A stretch of 64,000 nucleotides of DNA from a virus: positions 1-64,000 of IMG/VR virus record IMGVR_UViG_3300036978_000319; one strand, written 5' to 3'. Position 1 is the stretch's first letter. Every line of letters begins with the position of its first letter. The notes beneath the pieces are model-generated. The model made no database searches and was not told where the DNA came from. It saw only the letters and a list, made by a program, of their open reading frames with translations. This document shows, in pieces, positions 8,667 through 18,086 of this stretch. The translations under genes and the position numbers were made by a program.

Positions 8667-8776
8667 GCCATGCATACCGTTAAGTCATATGTATTAGCTA
8701 TCATACTTTACCTGGCATTGCTATGGCTTAAGATTAGAAGAAGTGAGTCAGATTCACAATAAAATAAAATTAGATT

Positions 8777-9382
8777 ATGTACACAAGAGAACAAATTGAA
8801 GCTGCGGTAAAGGCTAAAGCATATGTTTGGTTTGATGACACCGCAAATAAAGGATACGACGTTAATATAGTTGGTGTCCGAAACAACTCACCGGAAGTAG
8901 GTGATAGAGTTACTAACTTATTTGACGACTATATGACAGTATCGTATAAGGTTGATGGAGTTTGGAAATTCGCTTCTTGGGCAATAACTACAGACCCAGG
9001 AACTAAAGCAGTTAAAGAGTATCACAATCCAAACGGAGTTGCTCGCGTTGTTCCTGGGCAATATAGAGGAATGTGGGCTGTTGGTTTACACCAAGGTAAA
9101 TACGAAGCAATGCGTCAGGTTAAACCAGTAAAAGTATATCGTGACAAGAACAAGGATATGACTTTTAATGAAACCGTTATAGAAGAAGGTATTTTTGGTA
9201 TTAATGGTCACCGATCAAATCCAACAACCGAATCTGCTTATGTAGAGAATTGGTCAGAAGGATGCCAGGTCTTTAAAAGAGTTAAAGACTTTAATGAATT
9301 TATGGCTATAATGAACAAATCAAAAGATATACATAGCAACTCTTTTACATATACCCTTTTAGAATCTACGGATATCAGATAA
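8777..9382 (+). CDS. YkuD/L,D-transpeptidase-fold cell-wall enzyme (endolysin candidate)
   Basis: GINGH-x14-SEGCQV fits the YkuD catalytic H-x14-17-[ST]xGC motif; no signal peptide. Confidence 0.65.
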   Translation: MYTREQIEAAVKAKAYVWFDDTANKGYDVNIVGVRNNSPEVGDRVTNLFDDYMTVSYKVDGVWKFASWAITTDPGTKAVKEYHNPNGVARVVPGQYRGMWAVGLHQGKYEAMRQVKPVKVYRDKNKDMTFNETVIEEGIFGINGHRSNPTTESAYVENWSEGCQVFKRVKDFNEFMAIMNKSKDIHSNSFTYTLLESTDIR

Positions 9383-9436
9383 GAATAAAGATACTGATAT
9401 GAAATCCCGGTTTGAACTCAAAATTAAGTACTTACT

Positions 9437-11365
9437 ATGAGTCAGTCATACTCAGAAATTTTGAGCGGGGTTTTAGTACATCAATCATCTAATGAACTTT
9501 TTTATCAAGGAAACACCACTGTAGGCGCTAAATCAGTAACCAAAGAAGTTGTTGATACGATAGGTGCTGATCGTGCATCTATTTGGTTGTTTAACGAAGA
9601 CCGAAGTTCTATTATATTACAGCAGCTATATGTCAAAGCAGAAGATACTTTCTATCAAGACATTTCACTTCATAAGTCTGATTTTGAACCATACTTTATT
9701 GCATTGGAAGATGACCCAATCATTATCGCTAATGACGCTCAAACACATCCAGCTACTTCGTGTTTTCTTGAAGGATATCTCAAACCACTTGGTGTAAAGT
9801 CAATGCTCGATGTACCTGTTTGGTATAGAGGATCACTTATTGGTGTTATCTGTATTGAAAGTTTAACACTGCGTTCTTGGAGGACTGAAGAAGTTCATTT
9901 TACTCAAATACTTTCGTCTCTATATTCATTTGCTTATTCTGTTAAAGAATCCAACAAGTTATCGAGTCAAATGATAGAACAAGAAAAATTTCTCGATACA
10001 TCAGCAATCATTTCAATGGCTGATTCTAAAGGAAAGATAACTTATGTCAATCAAAAATTTACCGATGTCTCTGGTTATTCTTTAGACGAAGTTATAGGTA
10101 AAGATCATAATATAGTAAATTCTGGAACTCATTCACGAGAGTTTTGGACTGATATGTATAAGACAGTCGTTAAAGACAAACGTATTTGGAATGCTATATG
10201 TACTAATCGAGCAAAGGATGGATCTCTATATTATGTAGATACTTTCATTAAATGTGATTTTAATGAAACCGGAGAACTTCAAAGGTTTATGTCAATACGT
10301 CAGGATGTTACTGACATAAAGAGAAAGGAGATAGAGATATCCAACAGGATGAATGCTATTAATCGATCAAACGCTGTTATAGAATTTGATTTAGATGGCA
10401 ATATAAAATTCGCAAACGATCTTTTCTTGAGTACGATGGGATATTCTTTACATGAGGAACTTGTCGGTAAACATCATAGCATATTTGTTGAGGAAGGAGT
10501 AAAGGAGACTGAAGAATATGCAAACTTTTGGAATACATTAAGAGAAGGGCAGTTCTATATGGGTGAAATTACCCGAAAGAAGAAAGACGGTTCTTTAATC
10601 TATTTACAGGCAACTTACAACCCTATCATAGGAGCTGATGGAAAACCTTATAGAGTAATGAAAATTGCTACTGACGTTACTCAAAGCTACAATCAACAGA
10701 GGGAGATTGAAAAGAAGAACACCTATCTTGAGCACGCCGCAAAGATTCTTCGTCATGATATGCATAGCGGAATTAACACGTATATGCCTAGAGGATTGAG
10801 TTCATTAGAACGAAGACTATCTGATGAACAGGCAAAGGAACTTAAGATTGATGCTCCTCTAAGAATGATTAAGGAAGGTCTAAGACATACACAAAAAGTT
10901 TACAAAGGAGTTTATGAATTTACAAATCTCGTAAAGAAGGATGTAGTTCTTAACAGAGAAGACCTAAATCTTAAGGACATACTCATAGACTATTTGTCCG
11001 CGACCGCTTATCGTCCACAGGTTGATATATCAGACATTGGTGAATATAGTGTTAATGAAGCACTCTTTTGCACTTCAATAGATAATCTTATTCGTAATGG
11101 TTTAAAGTATAATGATAGTTCAACAAAAAAGATAAAAATATATCGTATAGATGATATACTTTATGTTGAAGATAATGGTAGAGGATTAAGCCAAGAAGAG
11201 TTTGATTACTTATCTAAGCCATATACTCGTAAAGAAGGACAGCAAGAATCAGGAACTGGACTTGGGCTTAATATATGTATTGCAATTCTTGAAGAACATG
11301 GCTTCTTAATAACATGTAGCAAACTTTCCGAGGGTGGTACCCAAATGAAAATAAAACTAAAATAA
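9437..11365 (+). CDS. soluble GAF-PAS-PAS sensor histidine kinase
   Basis: GAF (ADRASIW, SMLDVPV), two PAS/PAC domains, H-box LRHDMHS, N-box DNLIRNGLKY, EDNGRG, GTGLGL; no TM segments. Confidence 0.92.
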   Translation: MSQSYSEILSGVLVHQSSNELFYQGNTTVGAKSVTKEVVDTIGADRASIWLFNEDRSSIILQQLYVKAEDTFYQDISLHKSDFEPYFIALEDDPIIIANDAQTHPATSCFLEGYLKPLGVKSMLDVPVWYRGSLIGVICIESLTLRSWRTEEVHFTQILSSLYSFAYSVKESNKLSSQMIEQEKFLDTSAIISMADSKGKITYVNQKFTDVSGYSLDEVIGKDHNIVNSGTHSREFWTDMYKTVVKDKRIWNAICTNRAKDGSLYYVDTFIKCDFNETGELQRFMSIRQDVTDIKRKEIEISNRMNAINRSNAVIEFDLDGNIKFANDLFLSTMGYSLHEELVGKHHSIFVEEGVKETEEYANFWNTLREGQFYMGEITRKKKDGSLIYLQATYNPIIGADGKPYRVMKIATDVTQSYNQQREIEKKNTYLEHAAKILRHDMHSGINTYMPRGLSSLERRLSDEQAKELKIDAPLRMIKEGLRHTQKVYKGVYEFTNLVKKDVVLNREDLNLKDILIDYLSATAYRPQVDISDIGEYSVNEALFCTSIDNLIRNGLKYNDSSTKKIKIYRIDDILYVEDNGRGLSQEEFDYLSKPYTRKEGQQESGTGLGLNICIAILEEHGFLITCSKLSEGGTQMKIKLK

Positions 11366-11376
11366 AGATAATTTGA

Positions 11377-11808
11377 ATGATTGATTCAATTTTACTCGTA
11401 GACGATGAGAGTTTATTTCACTTAGTATTTGAAGACGCATGCAGTCTTCTTGACATCTCGCTTTCTCTTGAAAGTATTGATAGCTCAGATGAAGCTGCTA
11501 AACTTTTTGAAGGTTGGCAACAGGATAATGACGGAAAGCCAGAATGTGTTTTTGTAGATCTTAACATAATTGGTTCTTCATATGACGGAATTGAATTAAT
11601 ACGTAAGATAAATTTTGAGTACGGTAACAATGTGGTTATTGGAATCATATCATCATCTAATGAATCAGAAGAACAGGCAAAAGCAGTTAAAGCAGGAGCT
11701 CAGTTTTGGATAATCAAATCGGATGATATTGAACCAAGATTAGAAGACTTCAAAAAAGACTTTGCAGGTTACAAAAACAGAACTGCTTCGTTTAAGATTT
11801 ATAGATAA
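11377..11808 (+). CDS. single-domain response regulator (receiver only)
   Basis: ILLVDD, VFVDLN phosphoacceptor, DGIEL, ISSS, WIIK; no output domain. Confidence 0.9.
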   Translation: MIDSILLVDDESLFHLVFEDACSLLDISLSLESIDSSDEAAKLFEGWQQDNDGKPECVFVDLNIIGSSYDGIELIRKINFEYGNNVVIGIISSSNESEEQAKAVKAGAQFWIIKSDDIEPRLEDFKKDFAGYKNRTASFKIYR

Positions 11809-12386
11809 TGAAAGTAACTAAAGAGGTTAGAGATTTTTTACTCAAGGTTCAAAAAACTAAAAGAGTTGCTATTGAAGGTAATCTTTTAAAAGTTATAGAA
11901 CCAGAAGAAGGTGATACTGAATTTGCCACCTACATTTCGACTGCTTTAGAAAAAGATAAAGATGGCAGAAAAAAGCGTCTAGAAGTTACTAAACAGGTGC
12001 AAGAAAGAAATCGAGAATTATTAGAATCTGAAGATAAAAATCTTCGCGTAAACGAAGATCTTAAAATTGCTCTTCAAGAAGCAGAAAAATCTAAAACAGA
12101 AGCATTAGCTGCAAAGGATATGGCTCTGAATGATTTGGATATCATTCAAAAAAAATCACAAACCGAGCTTATAAGTACAATAGTGAAAGTTGCTTTGCTT
12201 GTGATTCTTAGTGTTGGGGCTATAACTACTTTAATGTATGCAATCGCAATGATTACTAATAAAGATACCCAGATAATTGGATCTACTTGGTCTAATATGT
12301 TTGGCATCCTTTTAACCAATGCATTTTCTATTGTAGGAACTATTATGGGTGTAAAATACGCATCTGAAAATAAAAATAACGATTAG
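11808..12386 (+). CDS. coiled-coil protein with two C-terminal TM helices (holin-like candidate)
   Basis: Charged helical N-terminus, two hydrophobic segments, short charged tail; TAATG-coupled to the regulator. Confidence 0.6.
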   Translation: MKVTKEVRDFLLKVQKTKRVAIEGNLLKVIEPEEGDTEFATYISTALEKDKDGRKKRLEVTKQVQERNRELLESEDKNLRVNEDLKIALQEAEKSKTEALAAKDMALNDLDIIQKKSQTELISTIVKVALLVILSVGAITTLMYAIAMITNKDTQIIGSTWSNMFGILLTNAFSIVGTIMGVKYASENKNND

Positions 12387-12463
12387 ACAAATCGAGTCAG
12401 ATGCACGATAATTAGAGTGCTTGTCTATGTTTCATTTTAACATAGTGTTGTTACCTTTTCTGT

Positions 12464-12637
12464 ATGGATCCTATTTACACGGCAGCATATATCTTGACTG
12501 GCATCCTAGTTAGTCTGTTTATTGATGCGATCTTGTGGGCAGGTAAACTAACGCCGCTCACTAATTGGCAAAAGTCTTTTGCTATTCTGCTTTGGCCAAT
12601 AATACTCTTAAATTTGTATCTCAATGACAACGATTGA
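12464..12637 (+). CDS. small two-TM membrane protein (not in ORF track)
   Basis: 57 aa MDPIYTAAYILTGILVSLFID...AILLWPIILLNL; promoter-like GTTTC-N18-TACCTTTT at 12429. Confidence 0.5.
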   Translation: MDPIYTAAYILTGILVSLFIDAILWAGKLTPLTNWQKSFAILLWPIILLNLYLNDND

Positions 12638-13031
12638 AGTTGGCAGATGCGGTGAGTATAGTAAAGATGAGTGCTACACAATAGAACTATCAGACTTCAC
12701 TCAACCTAAGTTTGGTCATATCCGCACTCTTATCACAATAGCCGCATACCATCTAGGTGATAGTGTACTTAGAGGATCTATAGGACATCCTCATGCAGAC
12801 TGCACCGATGAAGACTACTTAAGCATGCCATGTGATAGTGAGACACCCTTTACAATCTCTAATGTGCATATGGGGCCTGGGAGCAAGTGCTGGGGGACTG
12901 TTAGGTTTACCGATACACCAGTTGGTAAAAGAGCAAGACTGATTTACATGCAGGGTGGCAGGTTTAGTGTTAGGTCGGTTGATAGAGGCAGCGCGGTTGA
13001 AATAGTAACATGGGACCTAGTTGAGAGGTGA
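12624..13031 (+). CDS. minimal T4 gp21-like prohead protease paralog (tentative)
   Basis: GSIGHP, DTPVGK, FSVRS, TWDLV in the order of the gp21-family motifs GELxHP, TPxG, SSRG, TxDxV. Confidence 0.45.
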   Translation: MTTIEVGRCGEYSKDECYTIELSDFTQPKFGHIRTLITIAAYHLGDSVLRGSIGHPHADCTDEDYLSMPCDSETPFTISNVHMGPGSKCWGTVRFTDTPVGKRARLIYMQGGRFSVRSVDRGSAVEIVTWDLVER

Positions 13032-13062
13032 TGATTATATTTAACTATCAATAAACAAAAGA

Positions 13063-13533
13063 ATGCAAAAAGATACTGTCATCTTTGACCTAGACGGAAC
13101 ACTTGCTCTGATTGATGTACGTAGAGCACTTTCAACTAAGCCTAATGGTAAGATCAATTGGGGTATATTCTTTGACCCATCTAACATCACGCTAGATAGG
13201 CCAAACGATCCTGTCATTACTACGGCTAACATCCTTAAGACGGCCGGGTATAAAATCGTCATTTTTTCCGGTCGTAGCCAAGCCACTCAAGATGCCACTC
13301 AGGACTGGCTTGCCCTACACGGAGTGGTGTATGATCAACTTGTTATGAGACCTACCACCGCCGGCCTGGCTCATATGCCTGACAACGATCTTAAGCAGAT
13401 GTGGCTTGACGAGTACTTTCCTGGAGATCAAAGGAACCGCATCATGTGTATCTATGATGATCGTGATCAAGTTGTAAAGATGTGGAGAGACAATGGTCTT
13501 ACATGTATGCAAGTTGCACCGGGGAATTTTTAG
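13063..13533 (+). CDS. HAD phosphatase, T4 PseT 3'-phosphatase-like
   Basis: IFDLDGTLA, FSGR, MRP, YDDRDQVVKMWR, QVAPGNF. Confidence 0.88.
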   Translation: MQKDTVIFDLDGTLALIDVRRALSTKPNGKINWGIFFDPSNITLDRPNDPVITTANILKTAGYKIVIFSGRSQATQDATQDWLALHGVVYDQLVMRPTTAGLAHMPDNDLKQMWLDEYFPGDQRNRIMCIYDDRDQVVKMWRDNGLTCMQVAPGNF

Positions 13534-13557
13534 GAATAAATAGAATAGATAATAATT

Positions 13558-13701
13558 ATGGCTAAGAATACAGTTAAGAGAATCCGCGCTCATCAGTTGG
13601 ACAGGATAGATGATGCCGAGACTATTCGGTTTAAGAAACCTAAAAAAACTCGTCCTAAGATTGAGAGACCTCATAAAGAGTGGGATGACGACGAGGAATG
13701 A
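13558..13701 (+). CDS. small basic/acidic protein (not in ORF track)
   Basis: 47 aa MAKNTVKRIRAHQLDRIDDAETIRFKKPKKTRPKIERPHKEWDDDEE. Confidence 0.45.
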   Translation: MAKNTVKRIRAHQLDRIDDAETIRFKKPKKTRPKIERPHKEWDDDEE

Positions 13702-13762
13702 TTTAACAATTCCTTAACACTGGGGTGGTACCAGCTGAGAAACATTGTTTATATTTAACTAT
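13700..13762 (+). promoter_or_regulatory. tripartite early promoter-like element, copy 4
   Basis: Core at 13700, GGTAC at 13727, TATATTTA at 13750. Confidence 0.85.
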
Positions 13763-13779
13763 AGATAGACCAGTCGTAA

Positions 13780-14427
13780 ATGAGTATCAATAACATTGAA
13801 CAGGTAAAGACACTCCTTAGGTTTGACAGTCCTGATGACTTTTATCACCTGCAGATTCTTAAGCGTAAGAAAGAGAATCCTGAACTAGGCTCAAACTCAC
13901 GTGTCATTAAGACCTACTATGTCTCATCACCCGAGTATCTTGAGGCACGCATGCCGGAGATTATTAGCTTGTGTGACTTTTCAAATGCGCGGGCATGTAT
14001 TAATCTTAACCGCCGCTCATTTGAAAAGATGGCCTATCATACCCTAAAGAAGATCACTGATCAAATTATGAACCGTGACTTTGCCTCCGTGCGTAAGGCT
14101 TATGAAAGTGCATGCGGATCCCAGATGAATGAGTCTGACAAAAGGTGGGTCCTTGATGTTGACTGGGTTGACTGGGGTCTTAGTGATGGCTGGGATGTTG
14201 GTCAAAACACATTGAAGATAAAAAGAGATCAATTAATCAATAAGATCATCAAAGATGTTCAGACATGCGTTGCTGATACAGGTCGTGATGACACGGTTTG
14301 GACTCTGCCTACTAAGAACGGTATGCATATCATTACCCGGCCTTTTAATCCAACAGCCTTTTTTGGTAATGTTTGGCACAAGGTGGTCATTCAAAAGAAC
14401 AACCCAACAATACTCTACATACCATAA
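13780..14427 (+). CDS. phage protein with AEP/prim-pol-like motifs
   Basis: RWVLDVD and TKNGMHII resemble AEP motifs I and II. Confidence 0.5.
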   Translation: MSINNIEQVKTLLRFDSPDDFYHLQILKRKKENPELGSNSRVIKTYYVSSPEYLEARMPEIISLCDFSNARACINLNRRSFEKMAYHTLKKITDQIMNRDFASVRKAYESACGSQMNESDKRWVLDVDWVDWGLSDGWDVGQNTLKIKRDQLINKIIKDVQTCVADTGRDDTVWTLPTKNGMHIITRPFNPTAFFGNVWHKVVIQKNNPTILYIP

Positions 14428-14473
14428 GTACATACATTTAATCTTATCGAGTATTCACTTAATATATAAGTAT

Positions 14474-14986
14474 ATGATAAAGAAAATTATTGTTGCCGTT
14501 GCAGTGTTTCTTGCCGTGCTATTAATCACAAACACGGTATCGGAATCTTCGGTTAGAGAATACCCAGATCTATGTATTGATGACTCTGATGTTGTACTAA
14601 GGGTAAGGAAGAACGGCAGAATTGATAGTCTTGATGAACTTATTGCTGCACTAATTCAGGTTGAGAGCTCCGGGCGAAATGATGTGATTGGAGACAGTCA
14701 TATGGGTGCGCCTTCAGTAGGATGCCTGCAGATTAGACCAATTATGCTAAGGGAGGTTAATAACATCCTGGCTAAAAAGAGTGGTGGAGTAGGGTATGCA
14801 ATGAAAGACCGCACTAACCGTAATAAGTCAATCTCAATGTTTCGGACATGGGCTGCTAAACATCATAAGTCAGACTCGTTTGAAAAGATTGCTCGTAACT
14901 GGAATGGAGGGCCTTTAGGCTATACAAAAACTAGTACTGAACCATATTGGGAGCGTGTCCAAACCTATGCAAAGAAAAGGTTATAG
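14474..14986 (+). CDS. lysozyme-fold lytic transglycosylase with N-terminal signal/anchor
   Basis: ALIQVESSG, GCLQI, WNGGP; start moved from 14255 to MIKKIIVAV, after AATATATA. Confidence 0.8.
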   Translation: MIKKIIVAVAVFLAVLLITNTVSESSVREYPDLCIDDSDVVLRVRKNGRIDSLDELIAALIQVESSGRNDVIGDSHMGAPSVGCLQIRPIMLREVNNILAKKSGGVGYAMKDRTNRNKSISMFRTWAAKHHKSDSFEKIARNWNGGPLGYTKTSTEPYWERVQTYAKKRL

Positions 14987-14990
14987 GATC

Positions 14991-15455
14991 TTATCTAAAG
15001 TCACTAAACTTTGGTAAGCCAGCGTTCTGCTTCTCCAACTCATTTCTAAGATAGTGTTTAGCAGTTACCATGTACTCTTTAGCAAGAACTATCTTTGACT
15101 GCCACCAGTGTGGGAAGTCAATCTCTTGACCAGACTGTTCCAATTGTGATAACATTTGCTCAAGATCAGCTGCATATCTTGAGATGGTCATAAGATCACT
15201 TGCCATCATACCAGCTTCATCATCAGTATGACCAAGATCTAGGTCTTGCCCTTCGGCCACACTTGGCTTAAGTTTATCCCAATGAGGACTACCAACTGAT
15301 TTACGAGTTGGATAAACGTCATAGCCTTGTCTTTCAGGCGAATCGTATGCATTAGAATTCCCGCCTGCCTGGCTGTCCCAGAAACTTTTGAAGTCACTGA
15401 TGGTACCCATATAGTAGCGAATTCGCTCCAGCTCTTCTCCCTGTTGTGTTGTCAT
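14991..15455 (-). CDS. phage hypothetical protein (possible head-associated)
   Basis: EAGMMASDL...PHWWQSKIVLAKEY helical domain familiar from large myoviruses. Confidence 0.65.
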   Translation of the reverse strand: MTTQQGEELERIRYYMGTISDFKSFWDSQAGGNSNAYDSPERQGYDVYPTRKSVGSPHWDKLKPSVAEGQDLDLGHTDDEAGMMASDLMTISRYAADLEQMLSQLEQSGQEIDFPHWWQSKIVLAKEYMVTAKHYLRNELEKQNAGLPKFSDFR

Positions 15456-15727
15456 TTCTTAAACTTTTCTCTTAACCTATGCAGTTCAACCCTAATCTTA
15501 AGACGCTCTTCATCAAGCTTGTCCAGCCTCATTAGGAATTCATATCTCTTAATTGCATAATTGTCACCTCTTGTCTGGGCATCTTTATATCGCCTTAAGT
15601 TGGTTTGAATCCTGTCACTAAGTCTCTTGCTAGTTTCGCCTGGACTAAACTCATACTTGCCGGCTTCATACAAATGAAACTCATTAAAATTAAGTATCTC
15701 CATTTGCATTGCCTTTATGCCTTTCAT
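15452..15727 (-). CDS. hypothetical protein with CTS-like motif
   Basis: MEILNFNEFHLYE; start may be the internal Met. Confidence 0.6.
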   Translation of the reverse strand: MKGIKAMQMEILNFNEFHLYEAGKYEFSPGETSKRLSDRIQTNLRRYKDAQTRGDNYAIKRYEFLMRLDKLDEERLKIRVELHRLREKFKK

Positions 15728-16022
15728 CTATCTTACTACAAACAGCCTTTTTGGCCTCTTCTATGTAGTCATCACCCTTATGAGTAGGGTCGTCATCACC
15801 CTCATACAGTTTGGCTTCTCTAGCCGCAATTGTACTAATCTGGTCCATGTGATATGCCATTGGCTTCATGCTATACCCGGTAGTTGGGATTGATCCGGCT
15901 GCCATGTTAGGTATTTGCACGGCAGGACCAAACCCAGCAAGCATAAGCTCCTCGGTAAGAAAGTCATTAAATGAAGGTATATTGGCAGTTGCACCAGTCT
16001 TTTTATTTAGGCTATGTTTCAT
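15690..16022 (-). CDS. hypothetical protein with CTS-like motif
   Basis: IPSFNDFLTEE; GATATATA on - strand at 16053-16060. Confidence 0.6.
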   Translation of the reverse strand: MKHSLNKKTGATANIPSFNDFLTEELMLAGFGPAVQIPNMAAGSIPTTGYSMKPMAYHMDQISTIAAREAKLYEGDDDPTHKGDDYIEEAKKAVCSKIDERHKGNANGDT

Positions 16023-16077
16023 ATGAGTCTTACTTATGTTATATTTCTAAAATATATATCATAGATCATCATACATC

Positions 16078-16293
16078 ATGTCAGACTATTATCGCTCGGC
16101 CTCATTTAAGAAGTTTATTGAGGGCGATATGCCTAAAATTGCAGAGGCTCTTGTTCGTATTTCAAAGCAGTTAGAACTTCTTAATGAACGGGAAGAACGC
16201 CGGTTTAAGTTAGATGAAAGGCTAACCATTACTAAAATTAAGTCACAAGTAAAAGAACTAAATGAAAGCAAAAGAACTGCACAAGATAGCTAA
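16078..16293 (+). CDS. hypothetical coiled-coil protein
   Basis: 71 aa, first of an overlapping operon. Confidence 0.6.
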   Translation: MSDYYRSASFKKFIEGDMPKIAEALVRISKQLELLNEREERRFKLDERLTITKIKSQVKELNESKRTAQDS

Positions 16294-16531
16294 GTCAGAG
16301 TTTATTGAACTCCTTTGCTCAGGTGCTATGGTTTATGCTAAGAAGGATAGGTCCTGGCAAAAGCAGCATCTTACGGTAGATAATGCTAAGGATCCGTGGT
16401 TCTTTACGTGGACAGCCGACGGCAACAAAGCCACGGCCAAGTCTACTATTGGGATCATTATTAAAACCCAGCTTGAGAGTTGGTGTATAGCAAGAGAAAA
16501 CGAAGGTTGTTCATTTTATAAGACGGCATGA
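16262..16531 (+). CDS. hypothetical protein
   Basis: 89 aa, overlaps neighbours. Confidence 0.55.
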   Translation: MKAKELHKIAKSEFIELLCSGAMVYAKKDRSWQKQHLTVDNAKDPWFFTWTADGNKATAKSTIGIIIKTQLESWCIARENEGCSFYKTA

Positions 16532-16872
16532 ACTCTTTTGGCTATACATGGCTATTCCTGCTGCTTGCACAGGTTTTAGTCTGGTTACAACTCAATGGTC
16601 AGTTTGTGTGGCCTTGGTTTAAGAACAACACAACTCTAACTGCAGTTCTGTTTGCCATTCCAATCTCACTTTTGTTTACTCACTATCAAAAGCATGCATA
16701 TGTAATTTTTGGCCAGTCTCTTTGGTCGATTCGGCTCTTTGGGTTTGGTATTGGTATGATCATCTTTTTTATAATGACTCTTATCTTTAGAGAGGAAAGT
16801 CTTAACCTAAAGAATGCACTCTGCATTGGCCTATCAGCCGGAATTGTTCTTATTCAAGTATTTGTAAAATGA
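16528..16872 (+). CDS. four-TM small membrane protein (SMR/DMT-like topology)
   Basis: Four hydrophobic segments in 114 aa; ATGA overlaps. Confidence 0.65.
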   Translation: MNSFGYTWLFLLLAQVLVWLQLNGQFVWPWFKNNTTLTAVLFAIPISLLFTHYQKHAYVIFGQSLWSIRLFGFGIGMIIFFIMTLIFREESLNLKNALCIGLSAGIVLIQVFVK

Positions 16873-17690
16873 AAAATCCCTATAGTGTTTTAGGTGTTGA
16901 GCGCAATGCTACTGATGAAGAGCTTAAGAAGGCGTACCGCAAGCTTGCTATTCAACATCATCCTGATAAGCCGGGCGGAGACGAGGCTAAGTTTAAGGAG
17001 ATTGCCGATGCATATGATCAACTAACTAACCCAAAGAGAAAGCAGACCAGTGATCCGTTCGGTGGAGGCTTTGACTTTGGTTCATACTCTAGTGTCTTTG
17101 AACAAATGATGCAGGATCGAGGTTGGTCAAATCAGTTCAATCAGCAGTTCGGTAATACAAAGGGGCGTGACGTACAGGCAGCGATTAACATACCTATTAG
17201 TGATGCCTATCATGGCATAAAGAAACAGATTAACATTGGTCTTAAGTCAGTAGAGATCTCAATCCCGGCTGGGGTTAAGACAGGACAGAGACTAAGAATT
17301 AAGGGTCATGGACAGCGAGGCTATGGTTCAGAAGACACTAACGGTGATCTTATCGTTGAGGTGACCGTTACTGACAGCACAAACTTCTTCCTTGACAATG
17401 CAGGTCTTCATACCATAGCCCAGCTTGATGCTCTTGACATGATGCTGGGCACTGAGACGCAGGTCAAGGTCTTTGACAAGTCATACCGCTTTACCGTGCC
17501 GCCGGGAACACAAAACGGACAACACCTTAGAATGAAGGGAAAGGGTTGGCCGGTGATGGGTAATACGGAAGAAAGAAGTGATCTCTACGTGACAACTTTA
17601 GTTAAGATTCCTAGTGACTTAACAGACGAAGAGATACGCGCGCTAGGAAAGGTAAGAGATCATATAAATGAAAGACGAGGGCAGCGATAA
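16869..17690 (+). CDS. dnaJ: DnaJ-class co-chaperone without Zn finger (CbpA-like)
   Basis: J domain with HPD, G/F linker, C-terminal LRIKGHG/LRMKGKG and GDL motifs. Confidence 0.92.
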   Translation: MKNPYSVLGVERNATDEELKKAYRKLAIQHHPDKPGGDEAKFKEIADAYDQLTNPKRKQTSDPFGGGFDFGSYSSVFEQMMQDRGWSNQFNQQFGNTKGRDVQAAINIPISDAYHGIKKQINIGLKSVEISIPAGVKTGQRLRIKGHGQRGYGSEDTNGDLIVEVTVTDSTNFFLDNAGLHTIAQLDALDMMLGTETQVKVFDKSYRFTVPPGTQNGQHLRMKGKGWPVMGNTEERSDLYVTTLVKIPSDLTDEEIRALGKVRDHINERRGQR

Positions 17691-17910
17691 GATACATAGG
17701 ATGTTGGATGAAATCCAGCGGAGAAACTTTTCATACTACATGGATATGTGTTATGAGTCAATGATCTCTTATCCTGAACAGGTAATTGGACTTAACCTAC
17801 CGCTTGAGTCTAAATTAGCAACTATGGACCGGATCATTCAGCACTTTGCTGACCGTGATGAATTTGAAAAGTGTAATGAACTAAACAAGATAAAAGTAGA
17901 GATCAAATGA
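17668..17910 (+). CDS. hypothetical protein with UVR-like C-terminal hairpin
   Basis: HFADRDEFEKCNELNKIK. Confidence 0.55.
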   Translation: MKDEGSDKIHRMLDEIQRRNFSYYMDMCYESMISYPEQVIGLNLPLESKLATMDRIIQHFADRDEFEKCNELNKIKVEIK

Positions 17911-18086
17911 AAGAAGTACTTGAATTTATATTTAGCAGCTGGGTACACTATCTAGGCACTCTCGTTATGCTGCTTGTGATAAGCAAATGGCGCCTAGTGA
18001 AGATTGTTAACCAGGGAGATGATGGAATCATTGATAAGCTGGCCGCAATCGGAAGGGCTAAGCAGAGTGACTCTCCGTCTGAATGA
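17907..18086 (+). CDS. small membrane protein (not in ORF track)
   Basis: 59 aa MKEVLEFIFSSWVHYLGTLVMLLVISKW...; ATGA overlaps at both ends. Confidence 0.6.
   Translation: MKEVLEFIFSSWVHYLGTLVMLLVISKWRLVKIVNQGDDGIIDKLAAIGRAKQSDSPSE

Larger units (their letters stand above)
8732..12411 (+). mobile_element. direct-repeat-bounded AT-rich four-gene island
   Basis: 31-bp imperfect direct repeats at 8732-8762 and 12381-12411 (25/31 identical); AAA/GAA/TTA codon bias unlike flanks. Confidence 0.65.

Noticed and set aside
9437-11808. Bacterial chromosome or prophage boundary at the two-component genes
   Set aside because: Flanked on both sides by phage-type genes and the same promoter family; no integrase or host housekeeping block
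14255-14473. Long N-terminal extension of the transglycosylase ORF
   Set aside because: Overlaps ORF 13780; a better start with signal peptide and late-like motif lies at 14474
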